This document shows positions 61,075 through 64,000 of a DNA stretch of 64,000 nucleotides, one piece after another (the stretch's first letter is position 1; each line of letters starts with the position of its first letter). Source of the DNA: Polyangiaceae bacterium (lineage in GTDB: Bacteria; Myxococcota_A; Polyangia; Polyangiales; Polyangiaceae); the NCBI GenBank assembly GCA_965222375.1, contig CBDCTZ010000015.1, positions 1,120,001 through 1,184,000 of the forward strand, written 5' to 3'. The notes beneath the pieces are model-generated. The model had not been told where the DNA came from and ran no database searches. It saw nothing but the letters and a program-made list of their open reading frames with translations. The translations under genes and the position numbers were made by a program.

Positions 61075-62358
61075 TCATTCGGCAGGCTCTGCGTCCGGCA
61101 CCGAGAGGGTAACACTCTTGAGCAACAGCCAAGAGACAATGGCCGAGGTTCCCGGGCGCTGGGACCACAGCCAATCGTGGGTGAGCAGTGCAGTGCGGCG
61201 GGCTACTGCTCGCTTGAGCCTGGATTCGCCGACGAACGCCAGGGGCACGACCACCAGATCGTCGCTACCGTGAAGCTCTGGGTCGAACTCCGCGCGCTCG
61301 AAACTCAGCTGGGGAGGGCTTTCGACGGAGTCGAGATAACGACAGGCCTTGGCAATACTGGCAGCACTGCGATCCACGACTCGAAGCCGCGCGAGCGGAA
61401 ACACCCGCGCTAGAACCAGCGCCGAGCGGGGAAACAAGCCACCACCGACAATCGTGATGCGCCGGGGCGCGCTGGGCAGGCCGCCCACGACGCGCTTGAA
61501 GGCAGCCAAGTGAGTGGCAACCATGAAGCGCTGAATCAAACCGGACGCCAAGGCGAGGCGCTCCAGAGCACACAAGAAGCTCGCCACCCAGCGGCTTGCG
61601 TGGCGGTTCGACGCCTGGGCGAGCAGCTCCAGGGGGCGCCACAAGGGCGGAAGCGCGCTCTGCACGGCGTCGATCTCGGCTCGACGTGCGGGCAGCCGGC
61701 TCCAGTGTTCTGTGGGAAAAAGGTGGTGCTCGGCGTGATAGCCGTCGTTGAACCAGAGCAGATTGTGCAAGCGACCGTAGAAGCTCACACCGACATTCGG
61801 ATCTCCAGTAGCGGCGTGTTCCATGTCGCCCTGGATCCGGCACAGGCCGAGTCCCAGCAGGTACCCAGGCAAGTAGACCAATACGAACACCCGCGGCGCG
61901 CACAGGGCCACGGTGATCATCACCGCGGCGACGACGCACAGTTCGGCCCAAACCGTAGCCGTCCACGGACGGCGCCGAGTCTCGACGGGCTCGCCAGCGT
62001 GGTGCCACAGATGACGGCGGCGCCAGATGGTCTGGGGAATGCCGAGACTCGCGGTCAAAAAGAAACCGAACGCCCGGTTCATGCTCCGCGAGCGAAACAA
62101 GGGCGTGTGCAAGTGAATATGAGAAACCGTGTTGGAGCCCCAAGCCATGCCAACGGCGATGAACAGGGCGGTGGCCACGGCGCCAGCAATGCTGCTCGGC
62201 GCTAGAAACCAGAGCGCACCGACGAGCAGCGCACCTTGAAAGAGCGACGCCAATAGCGGCGACGCGTCACGCGCGGAGCTGCGAAACAAACGCCTGGGGC
62301 GCGAGCGGTCTCCCGCAACGCCAAAGGCCTCGATCCACGGCTCCGCGCGCAATGCCAT
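61075..62358 (-). CDS. Fatty-acid desaturase-family protein fused to a Rossmann/SAM-binding-like C-terminal domain
   Basis: His boxes HIHLH, HLWHH, HAEHH; ITIVGGGLFP...VVD. Confidence 0.85.
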   Translation of the reverse strand: MALRAEPWIEAFGVAGDRSRPRRLFRSSARDASPLLASLFQGALLVGALWFLAPSSIAGAVATALFIAVGMAWGSNTVSHIHLHTPLFRSRSMNRAFGFFLTASLGIPQTIWRRRHLWHHAGEPVETRRRPWTATVWAELCVVAAVMITVALCAPRVFVLVYLPGYLLGLGLCRIQGDMEHAATGDPNVGVSFYGRLHNLLWFNDGYHAEHHLFPTEHWSRLPARRAEIDAVQSALPPLWRPLELLAQASNRHASRWVASFLCALERLALASGLIQRFMVATHLAAFKRVVGGLPSAPRRITIVGGGLFPRSALVLARVFPLARLRVVDRSAASIAKACRYLDSVESPPQLSFERAEFDPELHGSDDLVVVPLAFVGESRLKRAVARRTALLTHDWLWSQRPGTSAIVSWLLLKSVTLSVPDAEPAE

Positions 62359-62362
62359 CTGC

Positions 62363-63205
62363 TTACTTTCTCCTGGAACGCCGACGCATGCCAATGCCAA
62401 GAGCAGAAAGCGCCGTCAGCCAGAAGAAGGCCATCGGTGCAGACGGAACGCCAGACACGGAGCAACCGCCGTCGTCCCCGCTGGAATCACCGCCGCCAGT
62501 CGTGCCGGCCGTGCCAGCCGCTCCTGCCGAGCTTCCACCCGAACCCGAGCTGGTGCCGCCGCTCGAGGTGCTGCCACCGCTGCCCGTGGAGCCGGCGCTG
62601 CCACCGGTGTTGGCGCTGCCGGCCGTTCCTGCCGTACCTCCACCGGCTCCGGCTGTTCCAGCCGTGCCCGCGGAACCAGCCACGCCGCCGTCAGCGCCAC
62701 CGCCGCCACCAGCACCCGCCGTACCGCCATCAGGTGGCGCGGCGAGGAAGCCCTCGATGACTTTGCAAGGTGTGAAGCCGGTCACCACACCGATCGAAAT
62801 CGGATAGGTGTCCGTCGGGTACAGCACCTTCGAACCCCAAGGACGCAGGGTGCCCGGGTTCTGAGACTGGCTGCCGAAGCCGACACACACGTCGTCCGTC
62901 GCCTTGATGTTCTTCTCGAGATCCGCCCACTCGCTGACGCAAGTGGTCTCCTGCCCCTTGGGGCATTCGTAGTAGAGAAACCCAAGTGCCGGCTCCGAGT
63001 AGCCCGGGTAGCTCGTGCCGCTGCTCTTGTCGTAGAGCATGGCCGCGCCGTGAACCTTCACGCGGGTAGGTGCCTTCGCGTTTGGCTCCAGGTCCACTTG
63101 TTTGACCTTGACCCAAACCGCAACGGGGTAACTGGCCGACGCGGCCGTGGCACCGAGGCTCACGGTCAGTGCCGACAAGAATCCAATCAGGTATCTGCTC
63201 TTCAT
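62363..63205 (-). CDS. Exported protein with Gly-rich linker and MYXO-CTERM-like tail
   Basis: Signal ending ASA; DDGGCSV...FFWLTALSALGIGMRRRSRRK. Confidence 0.85.
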   Translation of the reverse strand: MKSRYLIGFLSALTVSLGATAASASYPVAVWVKVKQVDLEPNAKAPTRVKVHGAAMLYDKSSGTSYPGYSEPALGFLYYECPKGQETTCVSEWADLEKNIKATDDVCVGFGSQSQNPGTLRPWGSKVLYPTDTYPISIGVVTGFTPCKVIEGFLAAPPDGGTAGAGGGGGADGGVAGSAGTAGTAGAGGGTAGTAGSANTGGSAGSTGSGGSTSSGGTSSGSGGSSAGAAGTAGTTGGGDSSGDDGGCSVSGVPSAPMAFFWLTALSALGIGMRRRSRRK

Positions 63206-63317
63206 AAATTGCGACCTCCGAATTTCGCGGGATGACTCTAAGCAAGTCGGGGGCCACAATCATAAACTATTGATATTATTATGTTTATTTCAGTTCACCC
63301 TTGACAAGAACGGTGCC

Positions 63318-63331
63318 AGTTACCGGTAACT
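63318..63331. promoter_or_regulatory. Perfect 14-bp palindrome, LacI-family-like operator
   Basis: AGTTACCGGTAACT beside an AT-rich tract upstream of 63205. Confidence 0.5.
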
Positions 63332-63634
63332 CACGCGCAAGTTGCCACCAATCCACGCGGGTTGCTCCGTCGGAACCCGCGAGCACTGAGAGGCGGAGCA
63401 GCCCCTCTGGCCGGGTTGGGGGTCTCAGGGCCCTGGCGTTCAGAGTTACGGGTGCAACTCTGGATCGGGTTCCTGAGAGGACGACCGAGGTGGCTATGGG
63501 TTTTTTGGGGGATGTGCCGGAAGCTGCCGTCATCGGCGGTTCATCGCGGTGCGTGCTGGTGCGTCACCCGCGGAGCAATCGGCCCCTCCACGGCGGCGCG
63601 ATCACGCGGGCCAACAACGAGACTCGTAGTCCGC

Positions 63635-64000
63635 TCACTCTTGCGTGTTGGCGCTAAACCCAATCGGTGCTTCGAGCCAGATCGCCGCGTCGCGTGCGGG
63701 GAACTGGACGGCACGGGCTGCTTTGGTGGCGCATTCGTCTAGGGCGGTCAGTCCGGATGTGCCGGACAGGCGCAGGTCGGTCACCTTTCCGTCGGGGGCA
63801 ACGCTGAGCATCATGCGGACCCAGAGGGGCTTGGTTGGCGGCAGTGCGATGGCGCTGCGATCGGCGCAATCTTGAGCCCGCACGCCAATCGCGTTCAGCG
63901 CGGCCTTGTCGGTCTTGAAGGGCCCCTTGGGCAACTCGGGAGCGACCCCGGCGTCGGAGCCCTTCGCGACCGGGTTCGGCGAGGTCAGAGGCGGCGGCGC
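63635..64000 (-). CDS. C-terminal TonB-C/AgmX-like domain of a gene extending beyond the window
   Basis: DC...VRMMLSVAPDGKV...LDECATKAARAVQFP; the frame is open to the window end. Confidence 0.7.
   Translation of the reverse strand, partial: APPPLTSPNPVAKGSDAGVAPELPKGPFKTDKAALNAIGVRAQDCADRSAIALPPTKPLWVRMMLSVAPDGKVTDLRLSGTSGLTALDECATKAARAVQFPARDAAIWLEAPIGFSANTQE

Overview
High-GC bacterial DNA, most likely from a Myxococcota (Polyangiaceae-like) genome. This is inferred from MYXO-CTERM-like tails, Gly-rich lipoproteins and an FHA-sigma54 activator / Ser-Thr kinase / TPR-PEGA module. About 1-42.8 kb is a rearranged accessory region. It holds a teneurin-like NHL/YD-repeat Rhs gene with an orphan C-terminal cassette, a full-length group II intron, decayed transposases (rve-type, IS66), Rpn, DUF559, YjjJ/HipA, VapBC, a duplicated sulfatase, a TSP3-repeat serine protease operon and many lipoproteins. 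It ends at a tRNA-Pro 3' fragment between 29-bp direct repeats and a 40-bp tandem array. About 43-64 kb holds maiA, a V4R-like gene, an LTA-synthase/sulfatase gene, psd and a desaturase fusion. The most striking feature is a sigma54-type-promoter-preceded 1.9-kaa ORF built as an apparent polyprotein of three peptidoglycan-hydrolase modules, each with its own lipoprotein signal, SLH block and MYXO-CTERM-like anchor. All calls were made by eye from motifs; no database searches were run.
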